This document shows positions 1-9,168 of a stretch of 64,000 nucleotides of DNA, in pieces (the stretch's first letter is position 1; each line of letters begins with the position of its first letter). The DNA comes from Clostridia bacterium. GTDB taxonomy: Bacteria; Bacillota; Clostridia; JAAYHZ01. The position numbers were made by a program, and so were the translations under genes. Where the stretch lies: NCBI GenBank assembly GCA_050950825.1, contig JBMNIH010000003.1, positions 160,001 through 224,000 on the forward strand. The letters are read 5' to 3'. The notes beneath the pieces are model-generated. The model did no database searches and had not been told where the DNA came from. It worked only from the letters and a program-made list of their open reading frames with translations.

Positions 1-90
1 TTCCGCCTTCATGGTATCGTCGTGACAAATAATGGGATCTGCAAACACCAAAAGAAAAACGGCAAAAAGAAACAAAAGAAAACCCTTCAC
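1..90 (-). CDS. Possible N-terminus of a secreted/membrane protein running off the left edge (partial)
   Basis: GTG at 90 opens MKGFLLFLFAVFLLVFADPIICHDDTMKAE, signal-peptide-like and open to base 1; RBS weak. Confidence 0.35.
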   Translation of the reverse strand, partial: MKGFLLFLFAVFLLVFADPIICHDDTMKAE

Positions 91-523
91 TTGAGCGGTT
101 GTTCTTTTCTTTATAGCAAGCCGCTTTTCATGCCGGTTTATGGCATCTTCCGTTGCATAAGATCCGATTTCGGTAAAATGACTCATCATACACATCCTGT
201 CTATTTTAAGGGAACAAAACCGCCAAAAGAAACGAAAAACCTCTTACCGCCTAAAATTAGTCTATCATTTCGACAGGACCAATTCAAGGGATTTGACGCC
301 TTTTGCCGGGATTATTCCCGTCTTCCCAAAGTATGTAATAATCCCGTGAAAAAAACCGGTTCCCAAAAGGTCCGGTCCTTTTCAAACAATTATATACAAG
401 GTTTGTGTGGGTAATTTGCCTATCCACAATATATATGACGGACCAAACCTGTTATATGTTCCATACAATTAACCGTTTATCTCATATTCCAATTATTCCC
501 ATTTTCATGAGAGACTATACCCT

Positions 524-1732
524 TTACCCGTCAATCATTTTTCCCGTGAACAAAATATTGCCGTCCCCTTCGTCGGCAATGATGAATAGGAAGGGGCGAT
601 TGGCGATAAAGTTGTTATCGGGGATATACGTTTCTTCGATGATAACCACGGTGGCTCCCGCAGCCTTCGAGCCCTCCTCGTTCACCTCGATAACGGCTTT
701 GTGGAGCACGTTTTCGATGTATAAATTACCGTCGCTCATCAAGGAAAAATCCGCGCCGCCCGTAAAGGCTTCTCCCATGCCCAATTCCGTCAATGCGGCT
801 TTCAGCTCCTTGATGCCGTATTCCATGTTAAACTTCGGCAGCATTAAGTTGAATTTATTCTTTTCAACCATACCCGTTCGAATCTCGTTCCAAGTATCCG
901 CATCGAAGGAATCGATAAACTCGTCAATATCCGACTCCTCATCGGGCAGTATGACGTACATGGCATAGGCTTCTTTTTGGCCGTAAGGAAGCCTTACCGC
1001 TTTTAGGCGTTCGTTTCCGTAATACTCCGTATCCCCCGTACGTCGCATCATATCTACCGTAACCGTCTTGGATTTACCGTAAAAGTTCGCTTCGTACGTA
1101 TTCTTCGGATCAAAGGAATTTGTCCAATCTCCTTTGAAATAGATGGCGTTAATCAAATACATGACTACATGCTCCGGTATGGGAGGCCGTATCATTTGGT
1201 CAATCATGCCCTTGGTGGATTTTTTGATCCGGTTGTTGATTTCATCCGCTGCACCGGGCTTTGAAAAATCAAGATCGGTGATATAGGCGTCGAACATTTC
1301 CTTGTTTACATCCTTAAAGGACTGCTTAATGGGGTATCCCTTTTTGATCCATATGGAATTGTCCATAATCAATTCCGTTTGGTTGTCTTTGCTTTTTAAA
1401 TTCTGATAGATGTATTTGCTTCCGGAATTGATTTCGTCAAGGGAAATCCCGGTGTAAAACAAGGCTTTTTCCATGGCTTCTTTTGTGGATCCGGAAGCTC
1501 CGTTTAACGTCATGGTCAACGCCGTGGAGATACTTATGGGAGATATGAATATGTTCTTATCCGAATCGTCTTTGTTCAATATTTTAAAAAGCTCGATGGC
1601 AAACCGCGTATTCCCTATTACCACTTCGTTTTGCTTTTCCGCTTTTACAACCGCTTCCGATACGCTGCAGCCGGACAGCGGTACGGAAAAAGCCAACAGG
1701 AATATGAGGAGAAATATAAAGGGCTTTTTCAT
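524..1732 (-). CDS. Serpin family protease inhibitor, lipoprotein
   Basis: Lipobox LSGC; NIFISPISI, INAIYFKGDW, hinge EEGSKAAGAT, signature FIANRPFLFII; RBS GGAGGAGG. Confidence 0.95.
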   Translation of the reverse strand: MKKPFIFLLIFLLAFSVPLSGCSVSEAVVKAEKQNEVVIGNTRFAIELFKILNKDDSDKNIFISPISISTALTMTLNGASGSTKEAMEKALFYTGISLDEINSGSKYIYQNLKSKDNQTELIMDNSIWIKKGYPIKQSFKDVNKEMFDAYITDLDFSKPGAADEINNRIKKSTKGMIDQMIRPPIPEHVVMYLINAIYFKGDWTNSFDPKNTYEANFYGKSKTVTVDMMRRTGDTEYYGNERLKAVRLPYGQKEAYAMYVILPDEESDIDEFIDSFDADTWNEIRTGMVEKNKFNLMLPKFNMEYGIKELKAALTELGMGEAFTGGADFSLMSDGNLYIENVLHKAVIEVNEEGSKAAGATVVIIEETYIPDNNFIANRPFLFIIADEGDGNILFTGKMIDG

Positions 1733-1774
1733 AGGAAATCCTCCTCCCTATACGGTATGTTACCGTATATATAT

Positions 1775-1803
1775 TTAGACGTAATATCTTACAAAATGGT
1801 TCC
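1775..1803 (-). promoter_or_regulatory. ECF-sigma-type promoter of serpin 1
   Basis: Minus strand GGAAC-N17-CGTCTAA; same boxes and spacing at 3377-3405. Confidence 0.7.
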
Positions 1804-1992
1804 GGGGATATAGAAAAGCGGAAAATGAACGAGCAGGAAAATGGGGAAATGGAAAACAAAAAAACCGCCTACACGGCGGCCCCATGCCCGGCGACATTAC
1901 ATGTCGCTTAAACGCTAATTCGGATACACGGGTATACAGCGTATTTCTACCTGCACCATTGTTTCATTACATTGTTCTCTCGCTTCCATGAT

Positions 1993-2022
1993 AAAAAAGA
2001 AGGGTCTTCCCGAAGGAAGACC
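1993..2022 (-). terminator. Intrinsic terminator after serpin 2
   Basis: GGTCTTCC-TTCG-GGAAGACC followed by CTTCTTTTTT on the minus strand. Confidence 0.85.
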
Positions 2023-2102
2023 TGCCCGCACGGAACGTTTAGCTCCGTCCTTAAGATAAGCCTTTAAATATATAGAAGATGGAGTAATAAGTTATGAGCG
2101 AT

Positions 2103-3335
2103 TTATTGCACCATTTTTCCCATAAACAAAATGTTGTTGTCCGTATCATCGGCGATGACGAAGACAAAGGGGCGGTCCGCGATGAATTGCGGCATATCGA
2201 TATTAACGGACGTAAGCCGAATACCTACAACGGTAACGCCTGCCGCTTCCGAGCCTTCTTCATGGACGTCGATCACCGCTTTATGCTTCACCGTGCCGAT
2301 GGCAAGTCTTGCATCGGCGATGCCGGAAAAGTCGGCTTGGTCGGAGAAGGCTTCACCCATGCCCAGTTCCGTTAAAGCGGCTTCCAATTCCTTGATACCG
2401 TATTCCATTTTAAACTTCGGTATTTGAAGCCTTACTTCGTTTCGCTCTATCAAGCCTTCCCGAATTTCATTCCACTTGCTCACATTCATTTCTTGAATGA
2501 ATGCGTCAATATCCGTATTTTCCGCCGGTAAAATCAAGGTCATGGAAACGGACTTATCCTTTCCGTAAGGAAGTCTTACGGCCTTGACACCGTTTTCTTC
2601 ATAGTATTCCATGCTCTCGGACTTTGTCATCATGTCCATTTCTTTTGTTTGGCCGTCTTTTGTCGTAAATTGTCCTTTGAATGTTCGATTCGGATCAAAG
2701 GGCTTCGTCCAGTCTCCTTTGAAATACACGGCATTGATCAAGTACATGAGCGTATCTTCCGGAATGGGAGGATCAATCATTTTATCAATCATACCTTCCG
2801 TTGCATTGCCAATCCATTTATTGATCTTGTCCACGGTGCTATCCTTGGAAAAGTCCGCATTTTCAATCAGTGCGTTAAACATGTCTTTATTCACATCGAC
2901 AAAGGATTTCTTCACCGGAAATTGATCCTTGATCCATATGGAGTTTCCGATCTTTATAGTCACGTCCTTGTTCATCCGGGTCAAACGTTCCGCCAAGTAT
3001 TTGTTTCCGGAGTTGATAGCGGCCATGTCCAAACCCTTGTAGAACAAGGCTTCCTTCATGGCTTCTTCTGTTGTGCCATTCGCTCCGTTTAACGTCATGG
3101 TCAGCGCCGTTGAAATGCTCAAAGGAGAAATGAATACGTTTTCATCCGCATCCTCTTTATTTAACACCTTGAATAATTCCCAAGCAAATTCATTGTTTCT
3201 TTGTATAACTTCGTCCTGTTTTTCCGCAATAACCAAAGCCGATACTTGTTCGGTACATCCCGTCATAAGGGCGGCAAGCATAACCGTAACCAAAACAACG
3301 CTTATTATCTTCACTGCTATTCCCATATAATTCAC
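2103..3335 (-). CDS. Serpin family protease inhibitor, lipoprotein (paralog of 524-1732)
   Basis: Lipobox MTGC; NVFISPLSI, INAVYFKGDW, hinge EEGSEAAGVT, FIADRPFVFVI. Confidence 0.95.
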   Translation of the reverse strand: MNYMGIAVKIISVVLVTVMLAALMTGCTEQVSALVIAEKQDEVIQRNNEFAWELFKVLNKEDADENVFISPLSISTALTMTLNGANGTTEEAMKEALFYKGLDMAAINSGNKYLAERLTRMNKDVTIKIGNSIWIKDQFPVKKSFVDVNKDMFNALIENADFSKDSTVDKINKWIGNATEGMIDKMIDPPIPEDTLMYLINAVYFKGDWTKPFDPNRTFKGQFTTKDGQTKEMDMMTKSESMEYYEENGVKAVRLPYGKDKSVSMTLILPAENTDIDAFIQEMNVSKWNEIREGLIERNEVRLQIPKFKMEYGIKELEAALTELGMGEAFSDQADFSGIADARLAIGTVKHKAVIDVHEEGSEAAGVTVVGIRLTSVNIDMPQFIADRPFVFVIADDTDNNILFMGKMVQ

Positions 3336-3376
3336 CCGTCCTTTCCTTGTGTGCCGAATTTTTTCGTTTCAAATTT

Positions 3377-3405
3377 TTAGACGTAAGGAATAACGATAAA
3401 GTTCC
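3377..3405 (-). promoter_or_regulatory. ECF-sigma-type promoter of serpin 2
   Basis: Minus strand GGAAC-N17-CGTCTAA. Confidence 0.7.
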
Positions 3406-3501
3406 GAAAACGAAGATGATATAATTAACGATGTGCGGTATAATAGGAAAGTACAAGGAGAATCCATAAGAGAATTAGAAAAATAAAAAAAGGGTGGAAC
3501 T

Positions 3502-4770
3502 ATGACCGACTTTTATTCTCTCTATGACCAAGTAGTAAAGGCCGCGGTATCCGGCCATTTGGAAGACGAATTGGAAAAAGATACCCCTTTTAACGCGGAT
3601 CCGAACTCCCTGGACTGTCTTCTCAATCCGGAAAAGTGTGCGCCGGTCATCAATATCGGCACGTGCCGCTGCAGCGATGAGGAACGGTGCGAATGCGAAA
3701 AAATTTGCTTTTTTGACGCCATTCGTCTGAACCGGGAAGGCAACGTGGAAATATTAAGCGATAAATGCATCGGCTGCGGCGACTGTATCGAGCACTGCAA
3801 ATACAGAAACTTGATCGACCGAAAAGACATCGTTCCTTTGTTCCGAAATCTGTACAGAAAAGATCCTCCGGTCTATGCCATGATTGCACCGGCATTCATC
3901 GGCCAATTTTCCGATGAGGTCACTCCCGGAAAGCTTCGTTCGGCGTTTAAGCGATTAGGCTTTGCCGGCATGATTGAAGTGGCTTTGTTTGCCGACATAT
4001 TGACGCTGAAGGAAGCCTTGGAATTTGACCGCCACATCACCACGGAGAAAGATTTCATGCTGACCTCCTGCTGCTGCCCCATCTGGATTGCCATGATCCG
4101 AAAGGTGTATTCTCGCCTGATTCCCCATATGCCTCCTTCCGTATCCCCAATGGTGGCTTGCGGTCGAGCCATCAAAAAAGTGCGGCCCGGAGCCATTACG
4201 GTGTTCGTCGGCCCCTGCGTGGCGAAAAAAGCGGAAGCAAGAGAGCCGGATATCAAGGATTCCGTCGATTACGTAATGACCTTCGAGGAAGTGAAGAATT
4301 TGTTTGATGCGGCGGGAATCGACCCTGCGAAGCTTCCCGAAGACCAAAAAGAGCATTCTTCAAAGGCCGGCCGCATCTATGCCAGAACAAAAGGTGTTAG
4401 CACCGCCGTTAAAACCACGTTGGAAAAATTGAAGCCGGATCGCAAGATTCCTTTTACCGCCGCTTACGGAAACGGAGTCCGCGAATGCAAAGCCCTTTTA
4501 AACGATTTGCTGGAGGGTAACGTTCATGCCGGCTTTATCGAAGGAATGGGCTGTGTCGGCGGCTGCGTGGGAGGGCCGAAAGCCATTTTGGACAAAGAAC
4601 AAGGAACGGTAAACGTCGACGGTTACGGCGATACCGCCCTTTATGAAACTCCGGCGGAAAATCCTCATGTCATTGAGCTTTTGCACAGATTGGGATTTGA
4701 CACCATCGATTCTTTGTTGGAAAAAGAGCATATGTTTGTACGAAATTTCACGGAGCCAAAAGGAAAATAA
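3502..4770 (+). CDS. Monomeric [FeFe]-hydrogenase (group B-like) with N-terminal ferredoxin-like domain
   Basis: H-cluster motifs TSCCCPIW, GPCVAKKAE, EGMGCVGGCVGG; CIGCGDCIEHC 4Fe-4S motif. Confidence 0.85.
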   Translation: MTDFYSLYDQVVKAAVSGHLEDELEKDTPFNADPNSLDCLLNPEKCAPVINIGTCRCSDEERCECEKICFFDAIRLNREGNVEILSDKCIGCGDCIEHCKYRNLIDRKDIVPLFRNLYRKDPPVYAMIAPAFIGQFSDEVTPGKLRSAFKRLGFAGMIEVALFADILTLKEALEFDRHITTEKDFMLTSCCCPIWIAMIRKVYSRLIPHMPPSVSPMVACGRAIKKVRPGAITVFVGPCVAKKAEAREPDIKDSVDYVMTFEEVKNLFDAAGIDPAKLPEDQKEHSSKAGRIYARTKGVSTAVKTTLEKLKPDRKIPFTAAYGNGVRECKALLNDLLEGNVHAGFIEGMGCVGGCVGGPKAILDKEQGTVNVDGYGDTALYETPAENPHVIELLHRLGFDTIDSLLEKEHMFVRNFTEPKGK

Positions 4771-4813
4771 CGGACATTGATAAAAAAGAAGCCGTAAAGG
4801 GGTGTTTATCCCT

Positions 4814-5575
4814 TTACGGTCGGTACCGAGCATAGGCGGTGTACAACCGACTGTAATTTAATTTGGTGGAGGAGTCCATTAAATATGCGGATCGGGTTGC
4901 GTTTCGTTTACGGTTTTGGTTTAAGGCACGGATAATCTGCTCCGCGTTGCGTATACCGATACCGTGACCGTAGTATAATCCGTCTCCGAAATCAATGACA
5001 TTTTCGCCCTGCCATTCCGGAGTCAAGGGATTGACGTCCGGATTTTTAAAGTATCGGCAGTTTCCCGGCATATACTTTTCCGGGTCGTGCCGTGTTCTCA
5101 GCCCCAAATCGCTGTCTAAGGACTGCCAATTCATTAAATATGTATCCGGAAACAAAGAATCGAACAACGGAGCGGGCAAAACGTCAACCAAAGCTTTGTA
5201 AAAGACGATTACCATGGCGGTGGAGCATTCCGTTGCATAAAGGCGGCTTTGATCGTAGATGTTTTTTATGGCGTCGCTTGGCTTTACACCCGGCTTCAAT
5301 CGAAAGCCTCCGTCCGGCTCCCGGTTCCAGTAAGCCGGGTTGCAGCGAGATTTTCGGAATACGGCAAAGGCAAAGTTGCTGTTGTTCAAATCCTTCGCCG
5401 CTTTTACCGTAGCGCTTCTTACCGCAAGCTCGAATTTCATTTCGTCCATGGATCGAAATTGGTATCTTTGGTCGCTGTTTAACATGATTTCCGCCGCCCG
5501 AATTTGAATAGGGTCCGAAGAAATTTGACTTAAAACCGCTTCCCTGCCGACTTGTCGTCCTGCAATCACAATCAT
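4814..5575 (-). CDS. tgl: Spore coat protein-glutamine gamma-glutamyltransferase (transglutaminase)
   Basis: YATECSTA (catalytic Cys), YFKNPDVNP, WQGENVI, YYGHGIG, as in Bacillus Tgl. Confidence 0.88.
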   Translation of the reverse strand: MIVIAGRQVGREAVLSQISSDPIQIRAAEIMLNSDQRYQFRSMDEMKFELAVRSATVKAAKDLNNSNFAFAVFRKSRCNPAYWNREPDGGFRLKPGVKPSDAIKNIYDQSRLYATECSTAMVIVFYKALVDVLPAPLFDSLFPDTYLMNWQSLDSDLGLRTRHDPEKYMPGNCRYFKNPDVNPLTPEWQGENVIDFGDGLYYGHGIGIRNAEQIIRALNQNRKRNATRSAYLMDSSTKLNYSRLYTAYARYRP

Positions 5576-6558
5576 ACGAATCGCCCCCTCCTTCTCGTTG
5601 CAATCCTTATCTGCTCATCAAGAGGAGAGCGGATCCATTCTTTCCAAGCCTTCGGGTCCTTGTTGTACAGCTTGCAGGAAAAATCGCTTAAGACCTCCTT
5701 GGCTTGTTCGTTCAGCCTTGAAAAACCGTCAATGATATGGGATTCGTCTTCTTCCGCGCTTTCCGCATGCGTTTCGCCGACCTTTTTCGTTTTATGTAGG
5801 TACTTGTTTTCATAAGACAATTGGTACGGTATGGGCCGGTTGGCTTGCTGAAAGGTTTCTCCCGTGTAGTCCAAAAACTCCGCGTTTTCTTTGATCCAGT
5901 TGACACATTCGGTGTAAAGCCGGCTTCGATTGATATACGCGCTGTTCTGCACCGCAGGAACAAAATTCAAAAGCTTCAAGGCCAATTTGATGTCTCTCGG
6001 ATGGTCGGATTTTAACCGATCGGCTATATACAGCAGATGCTCGGGATTATGGATTTCAAAAAAAGCCCAAACAAGGTCATCGATGTATCTTTTCTGCCGA
6101 TTTCGGTTGAATATGATGTCTGTCAACAAAGGCACCACCGAGTGGTCATTGAAAACTTGAACCAATAAAATGACGCTTTCGTCGATGATCTCGTCAAAGT
6201 CATCGTCGAGTCCGTCGTCTATGTATCCGGTTTGCAGCATCCATTTCAAGCAAGTGTGTATGGCATCACCGTAATTCGGCAGCAAGTCTTCCACTTTGGA
6301 AAAATCCCGTTCTCTTAACAAACGGATCAATTTCAAAGCGTTTCGATTGCGTACGGTTAAATATTTGAATACTTCCGAATTGGCGGCTAGATTTTCCGAA
6401 AGATACAGCGTTGCGAATCGAAGGTTCGGGTCGTTGAGAAGGCGGCCGGCTTCCGAGGGGTTGGTCACGGTCATATTCTGCAAGTATTCCCGAAGACCTT
6501 TTGCGCCCTCATTCAATCGCAGCTCGTCTAACCGGCTCAGCGGATTTGTTTCACCCAT
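5572..6558 (-). CDS. Hypothetical protein, translationally coupled to tgl
   Basis: 328-aa ORF, RBS AGGAGGT, stop overlaps the tgl start (ATGA). Confidence 0.8.
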   Translation of the reverse strand: MGETNPLSRLDELRLNEGAKGLREYLQNMTVTNPSEAGRLLNDPNLRFATLYLSENLAANSEVFKYLTVRNRNALKLIRLLRERDFSKVEDLLPNYGDAIHTCLKWMLQTGYIDDGLDDDFDEIIDESVILLVQVFNDHSVVPLLTDIIFNRNRQKRYIDDLVWAFFEIHNPEHLLYIADRLKSDHPRDIKLALKLLNFVPAVQNSAYINRSRLYTECVNWIKENAEFLDYTGETFQQANRPIPYQLSYENKYLHKTKKVGETHAESAEEDESHIIDGFSRLNEQAKEVLSDFSCKLYNKDPKAWKEWIRSPLDEQIRIATRRRGRFV

Positions 6559-6590
6559 AAAAAAATACCTCCTGCATAGAATCTCACTAC

Positions 6591-6617
6591 AGCATATGCA
6601 GGGGGCGAAAAAAGGGT
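6591..6617 (-). promoter_or_regulatory. Putative sigma-K promoter for the hypothetical-tgl operon
   Basis: AC-N17-CATATGCT on the minus strand matches AC-N16/17-CATAnnnT; tgl is sigma-K dependent in B. subtilis. Confidence 0.55.
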
Positions 6618-6639
6618 GAAAGGACCCCTATCCGATTTT

Positions 6640-7779
6640 CTAGGAAGAGGTTTCGGTATAAGGAGGCATGGGAGGGGGCTGTGCCGGGTTTTCCGAAGCG
6701 TTTTTCTTTCGGTGTTTAACCTCCGCCCCGATCCAAAGGCTTACGGGCAAAAAAAGCTGAAACGGCACCGCGATAAACGGGTAGTAGAAATTGATGAACT
6801 CGATTACTTCCGCCAGGTTCTTAAAAAGGTTTTCGCAGAGAACGATAAACAAAAGGCAAAAAGGAGCGGTTACGGAGCGGTAGTGATCCAAACGAAAAAT
6901 ATGCTGCATCCCTCTCAAGGCGGCAATCACACAAACGGTGGTTTTAACGAACCCCACGGCAAAAAATGCGATGGTTACGCTGGATTCGATTCTTTGAATG
7001 AACCTTCCGATTTCAATCAACCCGACCAAGTTATAGGAGGGAAAATAAAGCTGCTCCACCATTTCCGGCCCCAGCACAAGAAGGTTTCGAACTTTTATTA
7101 AAACAATCATAAAGCATCCGATCAAAAGGCCGATAAAAAAGGTCCTCTTCGGTTTGTTTCTTTCATTTGAAAATGTTAAGGCGTACATGAGAATAATAAT
7201 CTCACCGAAAGGATAAAAGATGCGAAGCAAAGCTTCATCCATAACCGGCTTGAATCCGCTTCCTAAAACGGGGCGCAAGTGATTGACATTGGCATTGGTC
7301 ATGGCCAAAGCGGATACCGTCAAAAGGATCAGCAGCACGGGATAAATGAAAAACTGGGACCACCTGCCCAACACCTCCATCCCGATTTTCGAGCTGTATA
7401 TGATGGTAAGGCCCATCATAATCAAAGACGCCCAAGGGGGTGTTTCGGGGAACGCTACCGTATGAATAAATTCGGAATTGATGCGAACCACAAAAGCTCC
7501 CGTAAAATACGCATAGATTGAAAACAAAACCGTGATACTCCGGCTGACGAAAGGAGGGAACACTTCGTCCGTCATTTCAAACAAGTGCATTCCGGGATAC
7601 AAAACCGCCAAGCGGACGAATATCAAGTAGATCGGTACAATAGCTACCGCTCCCAACAAAACGGCGATCCAAGAATCTTGTCTTGCGAAATATTCCACGT
7701 CGATAAGCAGCAAAGACCCCAAAAGGAACATGACAATGATAGGGACTATTTGCCTGTCGGATAAAACCTCTTTGTTCAT
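6640..7779 (-). CDS. Spore germinant receptor B subunit (GerAB/GerKB family)
   Basis: Polytopic membrane protein with QDSWIA, FPETP, IQRIES motifs; last gene of the ger operon. Confidence 0.9.
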   Translation of the reverse strand: MNKEVLSDRQIVPIIVMFLLGSLLLIDVEYFARQDSWIAVLLGAVAIVPIYLIFVRLAVLYPGMHLFEMTDEVFPPFVSRSITVLFSIYAYFTGAFVVRINSEFIHTVAFPETPPWASLIMMGLTIIYSSKIGMEVLGRWSQFFIYPVLLILLTVSALAMTNANVNHLRPVLGSGFKPVMDEALLRIFYPFGEIIILMYALTFSNERNKPKRTFFIGLLIGCFMIVLIKVRNLLVLGPEMVEQLYFPSYNLVGLIEIGRFIQRIESSVTIAFFAVGFVKTTVCVIAALRGMQHIFRLDHYRSVTAPFCLLFIVLCENLFKNLAEVIEFINFYYPFIAVPFQLFLPVSLWIGAEVKHRKKNASENPAQPPPMPPYTETSS

Positions 7780-8015
7780 CGAAAATCACTCCTTACCCGT
7801 TCGCCGAAGGCCGCATCGATCATATCCATAAACCATAAGCAAAGCTTCGGCTGCAAAACCTGCTTTATGGATAAAAAGAACAGAACGTAAGAAAGAACCG
7901 TCAAGGACAAAAAAATCACCATGAGCTTTACGTTCTTTTCTTTTGCGATGGGTACAAAGTCGTGAAATACAACCAAAATGTGGAGCAACGTTATAAATAC
8001 CAGCATATTATTCAC
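7776..8015 (-). CDS. Small two-TM protein, putative germinant receptor D subunit
   Basis: 79 aa with two hydrophobic segments; overlaps both the C and B subunit genes. Confidence 0.65.
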   Translation of the reverse strand: MNNMLVFITLLHILVVFHDFVPIAKEKNVKLMVIFLSLTVLSYVLFFLSIKQVLQPKLCLWFMDMIDAAFGERVRSDFR

Positions 8016-9168
8016 GTATCCTTATCGGTTTCTTTTGAATGGCGGCGCCTTCGATATGGACCTCCGAATTCACCGTAACCTCGACGTTTTTAAAAACCTC
8101 TTTCCATCGGGGTTCTACTTTTTTCCATGTTTTCGGATCCCTTGCGCTTAATGCATCGGCAAAGCCGAATATGTCGACGCCGTATTCTTTTTGAATCGTT
8201 TTTATAAAAGCCGCAATGTTTTTGTTCAAAAGCTCTTCAAAGTGTTTTTCCAAATGATTTGCACCCTTTCGGTCCAGATGAAAATGGTACCCTTCGATTT
8301 CGCCGATATTTCCATGGACCGTCATATCGATTTCGAACTTAATTTCGTCATCTTTGACAACGGGCTTGATTTCTGTTTGGCTTTTTAAGATCTCCAGCGA
8401 AATTTTGATGGGTATATCGTTGTGTTCGATCTTTTCCGTTATCAAGCCTCTTGTAATTTCGTTTTTAACAAACATCATAAGCTCCGTTTCTTCATCGTTT
8501 AAATATCCGATTAAACGATCCTTGTCGAAGATGGCACTGCCGGATACGAAAAGCCGCTTGTTGCCGTTCTCTTCGTTAATATAGACCGTTGGAAGGGCGG
8601 TGCTGACACCGGGCTGGGCCAAATCCTGAAAAAGCTTCCACTCTTCAACACGAGGTACGGAGGTCACCGAATCCTTGTTTTGAAAAACCTGATCCATGGC
8701 CAAGGATACCACTTCTATGGTAGGATGGGTTATCTCCAATATTTCACGGGCGGTTTTTTCTTTGGATACGACAATCTTTATGGTCTGCCTGATTTCCGCA
8801 TCCCTTGCAAGCCAATCCATCACCGGCACCAAGCCTTCTTTGGCAATGTCCTCGCTTATGATCATCATTTTCGCATGGCTCCAATAGAGCTTGTTCCCGA
8901 TAACGGATATGGCGTTGCGGCTGGCTTCGAATAACGTAAGCCCGGAAGCCTTGATCAATGCGGAGGAGTGGTTTTTTTCCGGTCCTCCCGCTACGTCAAT
9001 GACTTCAAAGGTTAAAATGTACATATCGCCTTCTTTATCCAAGGCCGCTCCGGCCACAATGGTAAGGTCTTCGATTTCTCGATAGTTCCAGCAGCCGCAT
9101 AATAAAATCGATAAAAGAAGCCAAAGGAGTATAAAAAGCTTTTGAAAACTCTTTCCGTATGCTTTCAC
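8008..9168 (-). CDS. Spore germinant receptor C subunit (Ger(x)C lipoprotein)
   Basis: LCGCWNYREIEDL lipobox, YWSHAK, DIFGFA; GTG start at 9168 overlaps the A-subunit stop (ORF track start of 9258 is probably too long). Confidence 0.9.
   Translation of the reverse strand: MKAYGKSFQKLFILLWLLLSILLCGCWNYREIEDLTIVAGAALDKEGDMYILTFEVIDVAGGPEKNHSSALIKASGLTLFEASRNAISVIGNKLYWSHAKMMIISEDIAKEGLVPVMDWLARDAEIRQTIKIVVSKEKTAREILEITHPTIEVVSLAMDQVFQNKDSVTSVPRVEEWKLFQDLAQPGVSTALPTVYINEENGNKRLFVSGSAIFDKDRLIGYLNDEETELMMFVKNEITRGLITEKIEHNDIPIKISLEILKSQTEIKPVVKDDEIKFEIDMTVHGNIGEIEGYHFHLDRKGANHLEKHFEELLNKNIAAFIKTIQKEYGVDIFGFADALSARDPKTWKKVEPRWKEVFKNVEVTVNSEVHIEGAAIQKKPIRIRE

Noticed and set aside
22-968. Plus-strand ORFs of 130 and 187 aa
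   Set aside because: No RBS or motifs; the second is antisense to a serpin
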